A stretch of 64,000 nucleotides of DNA from Lingula anatina. Taxonomy: Eukaryota > Animalia > Brachiopoda. The stretch lies in the NCBI GenBank assembly GCA_051362555.1, contig CM120640.1, positions 60,924,788 to 60,988,787 of the forward strand, given 5' to 3'. Made by a program: the position numbers and the translations under genes. Below, in pieces: positions 26,401 through 40,500 of this stretch. Under the pieces are notes generated by a model that saw nothing but the letters and a program-made list of their open reading frames with translations, did no database searches and was not told the origin of the DNA. Position 1 is the stretch's first letter. Each line of letters opens with the position of its first letter.

Positions 26401-29400
26401 GTTATATCATTATTCTTTTAGCAGTTGTAATGTTGTAACTCACCACTGTAGTGTAGTGTGTCATGAAAATATAAACAATAACACTGTTGTGTTATTAGCT
26501 GTCATTTGGCAAAACTTTAAAAAATATTTCCCTTTCTTTTAGATATTGGACTTATTGTCTGCAGAAAACCGTACAAAGTTGGATGCTGATTTTGAAGTTG
26601 TTGTTGAAAGCATTGTGAGACATAGTATGGCAGTGGCACATTTGTCTGGAGAAGATCAGAGGGACCCTGTCATCAATGCTTGCCATAAGGTGGGTTAGTT
26701 ACTGGTTAAATTTAAACAAAATGATCCAGTTAGGTTATTAGTGGTGATGTAAATGTTGATTCAAAAGTTCTGAAAGTTTTGTTGGCTTCATGTCAGAAAG
26801 TACATTTTTTTTTAGTTTTAAGTGATACATATTGAAAAAGTAAGGCATTTGAAAACTTATAGATTATTATGACACAGGGTTCCAAGATGATGAACATTTT
26901 TTGTTTACCAAAATTCTTAGCATAACATTTAATTGAAATGGTTTTAATTACACATTATTTAGAAAAAATGTTTTGTAGATTGATTTTGAAAATATTTGAC
27001 TTTTGATATTATATATATATATATATATATATATTTGATTTCAGATACTTAAGAGGAAAACGGTGATTGAGGAGCAAATGAAAAATGTGCAAGGCAATCC
27101 TCAGTTTGGTGAATTAAGGTAAAGATAATACATGTTTTATTTTCTTTGTGAGCATGTCTGTAAGCTATGTTCAGTGAGTGAAAATTCAAGACTGAATATG
27201 AATATATGTAACACTGCTGCCTCTTCCATAATATCTGCATTATACATTGATAATAGAAGTTTGCATTTACACTCATTACTATATGATTACAATAATTTTG
27301 TAGGTCTGATTTCGATGAGGAATGTGAACACTTGATTGAAGAATTTCAAGAATTAGAAAGACATGTGAACAGCGCCATCTTGTACCAGATTGTGGAGGTG
27401 TTCAGTGAGACTACTGGACCACTGGAGAGGATGGTGAAAGCTGCTCTTAGTCCTACCAAGGTGTGGTAGTTGATTATGCTTTGGTCTTAAAATTGAATTT
27501 TAGGTAGAAATTTTGTATTATACAGAAACAGATGTTCTTTTAAAATAATACAGTGAATACATGAATAATTTAGAAATTATGATTTTTTGCTAGAAGATAG
27601 TGTTTTTGAATTTCAGCAGATAAAAATATGATTTTGTGACAATTTTTTGTACAAAAATGAAAAGTGAAGATGTTTTAGAAACTCTCTTGACTTCATTATT
27701 TTTTTACAGGAAAGAACTCCTATTAAAGAGAGAAAATGTGTAGAATATTTGCAATCTTATTTTGACGATTTCAATTCTCACTCTGACAAGCTGTACCAAG
27801 TAGCCAATTTCACTGCAGCCAGTTCTACCAATGCCAGAAGTAAGTAATGAGTGATTGAGATCCCTTGTAGAGCTTTTCTTTTTTGTAAATTGTTATACTT
27901 AGAGGAAATGCAACTTGAAATATTCCATTAATCTTTTGAAATTTCATGTATTTATTCATATTTTATATATAAAGAAATTGTTTTGACATAATTTGTCTTA
28001 TACTTTTTAAATGGTCAGTATCAAGACCTGAAGAACTTAATGAGTGATAGTTAAGTATATAATGGATAAATACAGTACAGTGTTCAATGGTTTTTAGATT
28101 GTATATAATAAAATCAAAAATTCTGTATGATTGCAGCCAACTGATTATCAATAGAAAATATCACTATCACATATTGTATGTTAAGGGGTGCGAGTTATCA
28201 GAGTAAGTGTTAAACGTCTTGAGAAACTCGATCCTGAAATTATCCCAGCCACTATCTGCTGTCGCAAGGACAGGCTAGATCAGGGAGCAGTAGAACATTT
28301 GAAACTGCTGAAACGAGAGTGGACACAAGAACTCGACACATTGGTGACCAACATTGATGATATCATCGACCCTGGGTTGTTTCTCAATGCTTCAGGTATT
28401 TTGAAATGAAATTTCATAATTTTCTTTGTGGACTTGACATAGTTTGTCTATTTCATCTAGGAAAATATGTGTAAAAGTTTGCATGTATTATTTTGTATTC
28501 AAAGGTATTTCAGGAGTAAAAATTATGCAAAATAAATGTGAAATGTTTACAAAAGCTCAACAGACTTGTCTGTAAGATATGCAACATTGGAAGAAGACTA
28601 CTTTTTATAATAGAAGACTCAATTTATTTTAGAAAATGTATTCTTAAATAATATCATTTTTAATCTTTGTGCAGTTCAAGTTTTAAAAGAAGAGGTAAAT
28701 CTAGTGCGCAGTTTGGACTTATTACCAGACTTGGAGGTTGTAACAGACGCCACACAGGGAATTGTTGGAAAGGCCAAAAGAATTGAACAAATAGCATTGC
28801 GGTTGGTGGATAATCATGAAGACCCAATCTTTAGAAATGGACTCTTGGTGTTTGTTAATCAGCTTAAAAAAGGTAAATGTAAATTTGAAGACATGGGGTA
28901 CTATACTTAATACACATTTCTAGGTGATATGGTTCTAGAAGTAACATGTTTTGTATGCTGAAGTTGGTTCATGGACACAGGTATGTCAAGAGTACAAAAG
29001 ATAATGTTTTCTTATCTTTAAAATCTCAGATTGAAAATTCAGTGCAGTATATATGCATTTTGAATTCCTTATTTTTCATAAATAATGATTTTTTACTTTT
29101 TATTTTGCCAGTAATTATAATTATTATTTTTTATTTGCTAGCAATAACAGGTGTGAAATCTGCCCTGCAGCATTTAAAGAAAGACAGAGGAGATAAAAAT
29201 GCCTATGAAATTTTGAAGAAAAGGTGCAAGATTTTACTTCAGTGTGTCCAACAGATAAGAGAAGGATTAAATGAAAAAAATCACCCTGGTATCCTGAGCC
29301 CCTTAAGAAAAAATCAGAGATCTTCATCCAATATTAAGAAAGGTAACTGCAGTTTTTATGTACAGACACAGATGTGTCTGTACATATTGCCATCACCTGC

Positions 29401-32400
29401 GTCTGTCGTCGCCGATGGCGATGGCGATGGCGATGCCGATGCCGATGCCGATGCCGATGCCGGCGCCGTGCACTTTCCTTGTAAACACGATAAGTGGAGG
29501 GCAGTTTTACTTTTTGGCTTTATATTTACAGAGCTGATGAATATTCATAAAACGCAGGTCAAGTTCGAAAATCAGCATGATCGGGCCATTATTGTAGAAG
29601 TTATGCTGTTTTTTCACTTTTCAGCATATTTTTCACATTTCCTCAGATTCAATTCTTAGGCACGTTAACAGTCTCATTATTAAACTAATAAGATATGTAA
29701 AAGTTTTTGTTTGACATTTCCTGCATCTTTACAACATTGTTAGTTGATTTTGTAAAAATGATGGTAAACTTGTTATCGTGTATTGTGTAATAAAGTTTCA
29801 AAAATGGAAATAAACTCATATCATTGCAGTTTGTCAGATTCAATCATTCACTATGTTCAGAATCTCAGAATGGAAGAAATTGGACATTTAACACTGCTCT
29901 ATTGATATTTTTCCCATCTCATCAATTTTCTTAGTTGATCATATAAAAATGGCAGTAAACTGTTAATTTTGTTTTATGTTAAAAATTGTTAAAAATGGAA
30001 AAAAAAACATTTCAGAACAGTGCTGTCTTGTTTACATTTTGGCATTTTCAAGCTGTGACTTTGAAGTTCCATGGGCCTGAAGACCTTTGCTAGTCACATT
30101 TTCTGAATATCCATGATACTAATATTTTATTATTAAAAATTGCTGGTCATTATGGTGTTAAACATTATGTAATATTGCATCAAAATTTGAAAAAAAAAAC
30201 TATTTTGGGCACTGCTCCCATGATAACCATTTAAGAAAAACCATGTCACTTACTGTTCTCAAACAGTTCGGTAAATATATATAGATGTGTCTGTACATAT
30301 TGCCATCACCTGCATCTGTTGTCCCCGTCGTCGCCGTCGCCGGCGCCGTGCACTTTCATTGTAAACACGATAAGTGGAAGGCAGCTTTACTTTTTGGCTT
30401 TATATTTACAGAGCTGATGAATATTCATAAAACGCAGGTCAAGTTCTAAAATCAGCATGATCGGGTCATTATTGTAGAAGTTATGCTTTATTTTTCACTT
30501 TTCAGCATATATGCAACACTGTAAACACATTCCAAGGAAAACCGATAGGCCTGTTGTCATGAAACTCACAGGAGTAATCTATCTTACTAAAACGCAGGTC
30601 AAGTTAGAAAATCGGCATGATCAGGCCACTATTTTAGTAGTTATGCTTTTTTTTTTTCACTTTTCAGCATATATGCAACACTGTAAACACAATATAAGAA
30701 AAACAGATAGGCCAATTGTCATTAAACTCACAGGAGTGGTCAATCCTTCTAAAACGCAGGTTGAGTTAAAAGATCAGCATAATTGGGCCATTATTTTAGA
30801 AGTTATGTTGTTTTTTCACATTTTCTCAGATTCAATTCTTAGGCATGTTAACAGTTTCATTATTTAATTAATAAAGGATATTAAAAGTGTTTGTTTGACA
30901 TTTCCTGCATCTTTACAACATTGTTAGTTGATTTTGTAAAAATGATGGTTAATTTGTTATCGTGTATTGTGTAATAAAGTTTCAAAAATGGAAATAAACT
31001 CATATCATTGCAGTTTGTCAGATTCAATCATTCACTATGTTCAGAATCTCAGAATGGAAGAAATTGGACATTTAACACTGCTCTATTGATATTTTTCCCA
31101 TCTCATCAATTTTTTTAGTTGATCATATAAAAATGGCAGTAAACTGTTAATTTTGTTTTATGTTAAAAAATGTAAAAAATCGAAAAAAAAAAACATTTCA
31201 GAACAGTGCTGTCTTGTTTACATTTTGGCATTTTCAAGTTGTGACTTTGAAGTTCCATGGGCCTGAAGACCTTTGCTAGTCACATTTTCTGAATATCCAT
31301 GATACTAATATTTTATTTTTAAAAATTGATGGTCATTATGTTGTTAAACATTATGTAATATTGCATCAAAATTTGAAAAAAAAACTATTTTGGGCACTGC
31401 TCCTATGATGACCATTTAAGAAAAACCATGTCACTTACTGTTCTCAAACTTACAGGAAAGAAACATGGGACTAAAATATAGCTTCAGTAGGCAATGCAAT
31501 CTGCCAGTTAAACAGTTTTTTTGTGAAATTTTAATTTTTCACATATTGGCATTTTCAAGGTGTGACTTTGAAGTTCCACAGGCTTGAAGACCCATGCTTG
31601 TCACATTTTCTGAAAATCCATGATACGTATATTTTATTACTAAAAATTGATTGTCATTATGCTGGTAACCATTATGTAATATTGCATCAGAATAGAAGAA
31701 AACACAATTTTGGGTGCTGCTGCCATGATGACCATTATGGGAAAACCATGTTACTTATGATTGCCAAAACTTTCAAAAAAGAAATACAGGACTAAAATGC
31801 AGCCTGAGTTGGAAAAGCAGTCTAATTGACTTCTTTTTCTGGAAGTTTTACATTTTCAAAGGGTGAACTTGAACTCCCATGGGCCTGAAGCCTTATGTTT
31901 GTTACACATTTTACTTACATTGGTATTACCTGTTGAGCATAATTAGAATTTGATGTTGAATTTGCAGTTTAACATAATGTACTTTTGCATCAGAATTGAC
32001 ATTAGCCTATTTTGTTATTTCCTGCTTTTTGTCTGTACATTTGACAGCTTTGCTGCCTTGTTATTTTATGATTTTAGATATACATCATAATGTTTAAGAT
32101 TAAAATCAGTGAAAAAGTACCCCATGGTGATTTCTGTTGTTCAATACATACATATTACTAATATTTCCCAGATACAGTTGCAAATTTTGAAGACCAAGAA
32201 AATCTACAGACAGGGTCTGTTAGTGAAAACAACTTTTCACCTGAAAGCAACATGTACCTCAGCAAACCAGTGTCTAAAGAGAAGAGGTCCCCTGGCAGCC
32301 ACTTCATGGTCAAACCTAAGGAAGAATTATTCAGTACAGTATCAACACACAGTCACATAGCCAAGAGTTCTACGAGCAAAAACACATCGCTTTTTTTAGG

Positions 32401-34554
32401 TAAAGGAATATTTTAAATATGGCATAAATAAGGATGGATTTGTAATTTTATTTTTAAAGGTCCATAGAAGATTAAATTTCATACTCTGTTTAGAAAATAT
32501 TGATCATCTCATGAGTAAAAGGTGATAAATACATAATTCATGTTAAATGCAATCCATAGTTTCAATGCTGTATTGCAGAAGTTATGTCATATGTAGTTTG
32601 GATGACACCTGGAAAGTATAATGACAGTATCACATTTTGAATTTTAGGCAAATCAAAGGCGCAAAGGCTGTTGAAAGCTGTCACTGCAGCTGCTATTGCA
32701 GGCGACAAAACTAAAGTGAATTTGCTTTGCAATGATCTTCTTTCCTTGTCCAATGATTTAACTGAGATTGGCAATGAGTTAAGTGGAACAATTGAGGGAC
32801 AGTCTCATGGGTGAGTACACTAATGCACTTGATTTGGATTTTAAGTGCAATCTTAGATCACAAATGATTTTACATGATCTTAATCATTGCAGCATCAGTC
32901 TTAAAATAGATTGAGTCTGCTTTAAAGATCAAAAATGATCTTGCATCTACATAACTTATGTGGTCAAACAGCTTCCTCCCCTCACAATGGGTTGTACCTT
33001 CACTCACAGTGGAGGACACCTCTGCTCATAATAGGAGAACCTATGAGGGGAAACAATTGTAATAACAACTTAATTGGAAGTTAGTCCAGTGATGGTCTTG
33101 CTCATGGTTTAAGACCATGTAAGATTGTAAGTGATCTGAAATTGCACTTTATGATCAATTGAGGCGACTGGTGGTAATTTGAAAAGAATTTTTATTATTA
33201 TTTTCAGAGAATGTTAACAAGACATCAAAATAAGAATACTGACTTTTTGTGTAGTGGATCGTTATGCCATATTTTTTTGTTTAAAAATATTTCTAGCTGT
33301 GTAATACCAAGAATGTATGCATTTGATGTTCCCATTCAGAAGTTTGGTGTCCAGTCTCTCTGAGGTAACCGGACTTACCCCTGTCCTGCTGGAAAAGTGT
33401 CACCAGGTGGCAGAAAAAGATGTAGGAGAGTTGGATGCATTACATCAAGTGGGAGAAAATTGGGCTGTACAGGTAGACAAAACTAACCATCCCATTGGCA
33501 TCCTGATTGTCTTGGAAAGTCATTTAAAGCAAAATTTGAGAAATGGCTAATTTAATTAAATGTTATCACCTTCTGAGTGTGTTTGTATGTGTTACCAGAA
33601 AATTTGTTAAACAGTTAAGTGTTTATATATCAGTATAGTTATAGCAGAATGATTTACAGTGTTACATATGTTAAATGAGACCTTTAATTTTGAGTTTTTC
33701 TCAATCAATGGTTGCAAATGACCTAGCCATTCTTGATATCCCATGTTATTTAGGTGGATGACCTGTACAGTGTTATAATTGCAATGGTTGAGAGACCCCA
33801 CTCTGTGGCTAGGAAACTAGCTGACGCTGCCAGGATGAAAAATTCCAAGTTGTTGACTTCAGAGGTAGGGTATATTCATGTTTTGATATATGATTTGTTA
33901 GCGAATTTCATATTTTACATAACATCACTCTTGTCTGTAAGTATCTGTGTGGCAATTAAGTGTAGAAAAAGCAATATTTTGTTTCTTTAACTGTCTTTTT
34001 TAAGCTTAAATTTTTTTGTACTGATTTAGGAGTGATACTGTCCACTGTTGAGAAGTTGTATAGCATTCCTATTTGGAAGATTCCAACAGTGTAAAGAAAT
34101 TTGTGAATCTCTAAATTGTCTGTTTTTATTTCTAGATCTATCATCTGCAAGATCACCAGAAGTATCTACAAAAATTAGTTGAAATGGCTTCTGGAGATGT
34201 GGTTCATCATGGAGACATTGTGTTAGTTGAGAGATTACAGCAGTTGAAGGAGAGAGGCAATGACTTGGAAAATATGACAGCAACTGTTGTGACCCTAGCC
34301 GATGTGATTGCGCATACAGGTATTTTCAGATGTCTTTATTACTAGCTATGGAAAATATTAAAATGAGTGAGAATTAAATTTATAGCGAGATTCCTAATTC
34401 ACAATATTTTTAATTGCTTGACATGGCAGTTTCTGCTGCTTTAACCATGACCAGTATGTGTGGTTGCTGAGAAGTTGCTTTAGTTGCAGATGTGTATGTT
34501 TCTTTCACTTGGATAACTGAGAAATATTGTCACTAAGTTTGTTTGGGCTGTATT

Positions 34555-34586
<32 letters not shown>

Positions 34587-37500
34587 TTATTTTTTTTGCT
34601 CTCCTTGTTTAATATGAGTTTGAGTATGACCTTTTCCTGTATTCTCAATTATAAAAGACACCAGATTAAACAATGCATACCCAGTTCAGCACACATTGTT
34701 AATCAGTGTCAATACAACAATCAATTCTCCTACAGGTCTGCACTACTGTGGAGAGAGTGGCTGTTACTAAGATCACTGTTTTTTGCCTTTTGCGAAAATT
34801 TGATAAAACTGGATAGATAATTATAATTTTAGCAACCCTTGCATCTTTGAAGTGATTTTTTATGTTGTTTTTATCCTGATTGATGACTTGCGTGGACTCT
34901 CAGTAATGAAAGTGTGGATTTCATTATTTGTTATTATCCCTCTTTCATTTTGTTTGAATAGCACAGACCTATTGTTTGGAAAACAGGAAAGCAAGGCAAA
35001 ATGTAAAAATAATTACAGGAATGCCTTTGTAAGAGGAATGAATCATTATTTGACAGTTACCTTATATCTTGGAGTGTTAACATTAAGGTTGGCTTAATGA
35101 TACCTGATGAAATATCATGAGAACCTCTTTGTACCATGCTAACACCATTTTCAGTGTTGGAACAAAATTGAATCTGGTACATAAGGAGAACCCTGCATTT
35201 TTCTTTGGTTGTGGTGTATTTTAAAAATATTTTTCTCATCATTTTTATACAAGCATGAACATGCTTTTTTCTGATTCATTCAATAACCTAGGGAAGATAC
35301 TTTTGGAGAATATGTTTTCTTTTATATTAAATAATATAAATTTTTATATACACTGTGTGTGTGTGTGTGTTCTGATTACCTGTGTCTGGACATGATATTG
35401 CTGCCATCATTCAACACATTTGTACATCCCAATTGCCAAACTGTATTTGTGGTTTTTTATTGACTGATTTTTAAAAAAATTTACTACCATATTTGATGAT
35501 AAGTTAGGTTGAGGTCAGAGTCAGCACCATAAGTTAATTTTTGCAAAATTGTTTTTACCCTATTAGTAAAACACTGTATTTTAGTGCAATGGTACAGCTT
35601 GGCCTAGAAGGAACTGCCTTTATGATCAAAGATAATTTCTGCTGTATTTGAATATTACTTTAAGTTGGCGTGTAGACATGATTACAATAACAACTGATCC
35701 CGATGTCCTGATTTTATTTAATTTTCTTTAATTGCTTGTTATTTACATTTTGCTTTGGTCTGTGCTCTCTGAATGCTCTTCAGTTTTTCATAAACAGTTA
35801 GTGTTCCTTGGTTATGGATTTTGATAAACATGAAGAATATGACATTCTGGACATGTCAGTGCTGTTGCCTGCTGATCCGTTTTTATACTAAACAGAAGAA
35901 GTCTGCACAGAGACTGGTTCCACTTGATCCCCCTTGCAACACCTGCAGATAATCATCTTGTAAGCTCTGCGGTACTTTGTGTTCATCAGTCCATAAATGA
36001 CAGCATTGGTACCAAATCCCATCCAAACAAGGAGATTTAGGCCATTTATTATCCATGTTTGCAAATTCATGGCTGTTGAAATTAAGATGAGGATAAGTGG
36101 CACCACGTAGAAAATCAGGAAACTAATAACAACTGCTAATGCTAATTTGGTGAGTTTCACATCCTGCTTGAACTGGGAACTAACATTCTGTGCTTCTTTG
36201 CTTATTTTGATAACAAATGCTATTTTTACATGACAGAAAAGCATAATGCAGAAAGGTATGATAACAGTTACAGTGAAATAAATCAAACGTGCTTTGAAAT
36301 CAGTTATCAAACACTGCTGAATAATTATTGCTAGTCCAGCTTGCTTTGGGTTACTTATTCCTCTTGCTATGGCTACTATGGTCACTGGTATAAAAACTGA
36401 AATGAATACTAAGGTTTTAACCACAAGATTTCTTTTCTGGTATTCATAGTACTGTGTAGGCCAGGCAACAGCAAAGCAACAATTTATGGTGAAGCATGCG
36501 TTTCCCCATATGCTAGTGCAGGCAAGGACCCAGAAAAAAGCTGCTAAAAAGTGACAAAACCCCTCATCAAGACCTTCTTGCGTTATTCTTAAGTATGCTG
36601 TGAAAGGCAGGTAAAACATGGCTATTGTCAGATCAGCCATTGCCATGGTCACTATGAATGGTGAAACAGGCATCTTACGCAGATGTTCTGTTTTAAAAGT
36701 AGCTCCAAGAATAAGGATATTAGTAAAAATGCCTGAAATGATGATTGGTAAGGACAGGTATCCAACCACTTGTCTCTCCATTCTCAAGGTATCCAACTCC
36801 CCAGTTGTGTTCATACTTGTATTGTCAAAGGAACTTTGGAATGCATTGATAGTTGCCATGTAACAAAGCTCTGAAAAAAAAAGGTTATAGAAAGAAACAT
36901 TTAAGTAAATCTTTTATTTCTGTTTAACTTGGAAATGATCTACAGAATTTAACTTGGGAAAGATCTGCAGAATTTATATTTAAATCCGCAACTTAGATGA
37001 AAACAACCTGATTTGGTTATTAGTTTTCAAATTGACTATTGTTCAAGAGGTTGAGAAAGGAATATACTGAATATGCCTATTTTATCATTTTATGAATTCA
37101 TTTTGACTTAAATATTTATTTAATCAAAGAAAAAGTAAACAGTTATTTTGTGTGTCAGTATAAAAAGAGTGCTGTAGTTGATATGCAGCATTATAAATCT
37201 TGACTAAAATACTTGTTATGGGGTTACCTGTAAAAAATGAGTACAGTACGTATTAGATCATACACTGAGGCAAAAAATTAGTTTTATCTAACCGAAACTG
37301 ATTATTGATCTCTTTATGCAAAATGTTTGATGGACAAGTGTTTTGAAACTGATTAAGAACCTCAAGAAAAAAACATTTTAAAAATATAAAAGAAACGTTT
37401 TTAGTGAAGTGTTTCCTGCTTACCAATTATGTTGTTTATATTCTAACAGTGTCTTCATTCTCCTCTCATTGGCTTTTTGACAAAGAAAAAAAGGTAATTC

Positions 37501-40500
37501 TATAATTCCATGCAAAAATTTTGTCTGGTGCCTATTGTTTTCATTCCGTTTCATTTGATAAAACTGTTTAATTTTTACTCACCAAATAACTTCCTTGTCC
37601 TTTAATATGTGTTCTTACTACACAAGATTCAGTCTGTGTCGCTGGTAGTCACAAAAGTCAGCTGGCGGTATTTTTATGAAGACGAATCAGGCTTTCCAAG
37701 AACCAATGTCCACTAAGAGATCAGAAAAGCCTATTGTTGTGCAGACCTATGGTATTGTTCAAGGAAATGTGACGTGACATTTTTCATTATGGAGAAATTA
37801 ATTTGAGAAATGGTTGTCATATTCGAGATGACAATAAGATAAATTACTGTATTTTTCATTTGCTTTTTTTTTTTTTCTTTTTTTCATTTTTTTTTCTTAT
37901 CCTTTGCCTTAAAGGTCATATTATACTGTCTCTAGTCATCCCTCTGTTCATCTGTCCATCCATCTGTTAACATTTTTACTGTTCGGGGGAATTTCTTTAC
38001 GCAATGATTGATTCTGATGTGCAGTTGTGCATAAATAATTATGATTGTTCCAGTCTTTTATCTTCGAATCTAGAAAAGATACTCAAATTGCTCCTATTTA
38101 ACTTAAGGATATTGTCACCCTTTGCCCAAAACTCCTTATGTACTGCCTTAAATATATTTTTTGGGGTAATAAATAATTCTTCATTGTTCAGTGACTAAAT
38201 TATTAACATTTACACATATGCCATCTTACGGGTGATGTCATATTTGTGATTTTGAGGTAAAAACTGAAAAACCCGTTTCTCAAATTTCTCTTTTACCTGA
38301 GCACCCACCGTCACTGTTTCAACTCCAAAATCCTGCCAATGATTTTTCTTTAAAGTCTTAGTTTAGATTTTATCTTTGATAAAGCAAAATAATACCTTTG
38401 TTTAATGAAAATCTGTAATTAGGGGTAAAAACCAAAATGTTTGACGGAACTTCATCTTGTTTGGCACTGGCAAACGCGAGAGATGAATTGGCCCGTTTAG
38501 GTAAAGAATGATCTCCGTAGACCGGGTCTTGGCGTCCACGGCTGATACCGTCATATAATCAGCGAACTGAGTAAATGTTAGATATTTTCTGACGCGTTTT
38601 TTCACCTCTAATGCTTTCTTTTGCCAATCTTTCATAACTTTACTACTACATCTACGTGCTATGTCCAACATAATTTTTTGGTTTTCTGTTTCTCCTTTTA
38701 ATGACAACTTTTCCAGTGTAAGACTGGCAATTTGAATTTCGTCTGCTAAACATTGCAACTCTTTAGCATAACTAACTCGTTTGCCATGTCTGAGATTTTC
38801 AATGAGAGCATTGGCAACCAGATGATCATTACCAAATCTTTCTTTTAGTATTTCTCTTGCTTTTGTCTAACCTTCTGATCCGCCTATTAATACACAGTTC
38901 TTAATTGCATCTTTCGCTGGTCCAGACGTAAATTGAAGCAACCTATTTAATCTGGTTTGAGGATCTTTCACATTTGATTCAACAATCTCTTCAAATAAGG
39001 TAATAAAATAATGATAATCTTTGGCATTGCTACTGAAAATGTCAATATTGCATCGTGGTACATTTAAATATGAAATCAAAGTTGATTCACTTGCAGGCTG
39101 TACTTCTGTTGTGCTCTTTACACCTTTCAAAAAACCCATACCAAGCTTAACACATTCAATAAAATTGTTTTCTACTTCGCGAAACCATGCTTCGCTTGAT
39201 TCAACTTCATCATCATCAACAAGTAAACTATGAAATTGATCATGAACTGAGTCAAATGATGAAAAAGTGTCTTTAAGCTTATCTAGCTTACTTGCAACTA
39301 TTCCAGAGTCCTCCTCAGCTACGGCTCTTTCAACTGCCCCAATACATCTAGTGACCGCGCCCTTACGCGCTCTTCTCGCCCTGCGTAGATCTTCCATTTT
39401 CTCTAGTACACTCATATTGTCGGCGTGGTGGAACATTCACCTTCCTCTGTAACACGAAGACGGGACCAGGCGTTGGACACAAAGACACAGACAGGTGGCT
39501 CACTGGGAAGGACTCGGCATTCGAATATCACTGGCAGGGACTCTGCTTTCGATTTCACTGTTGAACAACTCGGGATTCATATCTCATTTTTTGGTAGCCT
39601 TTATTTCACATCATACATACAGGTAAGACAAGTAACAGTGTACAGTTTATGGTGTATGGTGAAACTAAAAATTAATGAAAATAAAACACAATGAATGAAA
39701 ATAAAAATGATAATACTAACAATGGAGTACAGTTAATGGTGAACATGAGCAAAGTAAAGGCATAATTTATGATTCTATAATGAACAAATAAATATTTAAA
39801 TAATAATAACTTACTCAAATTGCAGCTACATAAACTTGGAGATAATCCAGATGTTCACAAAAAAAATATATATACATATATGATGGGCTAGCCCCCATGT
39901 GCATCTGCTGACAAATCACGAGTGGTCTCCACCCCAGTATGATCTGCTCATTACTCCCTAAATCATTGACCCGTCACAATGGGTCACTGGTAGTATACTC
40001 TCAAAACTTATACAATACAAAAACACTGTTCTCTAAACGAAACAAACAATGATAAATACTGATAATAATATCCTAATTACAACAAACAATAATAATAACA
40101 ACAATTATTATTTAAATACATTTGTTTTACTTGTTAACTTATTTTGCCGCATGGGTTGGCAACATGGCACCTTTAAAAAAAGGTGTTAATTTTTTTTTAA
40201 GTGTTAGTTTAGATTGTATGTCAGATCCAGCTTTGCTGAGATAGCTGACGATCAGGTATATTTTTAAATCATTTATAGAAGATATCAATATACAAAAAGC
40301 AATTTTTACTTGTACCTTTGCTTTCTATTTTCAGGATAAAATTTTAGGATTTTATTAGTCAGATGTAAAACATAATTATAGGATGTTATTAGTCAGTAGT
40401 TAGATGTTATTGATTGTTTACTGCATTAGGTAAAAAGTCATTTGCAATTAAATATTGCGTTGTATTTTTGCCTAGGGAAGAAACAAATGTATCATAACCT

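Noticed and set aside
34736-34775. Possible extra vinculin-like exons (SALLWREWLLL here; also 40213-40255)
   Set aside because: Phases are incompatible; exon 18 (ending 34319) joins 42016 in frame.
38867-38869. Programmed stop-codon read-through in the BEL gag
   Set aside because: The TAG replaces a conserved Tyr position in a decayed, truncated copy; a simple nonsense mutation is more likely.
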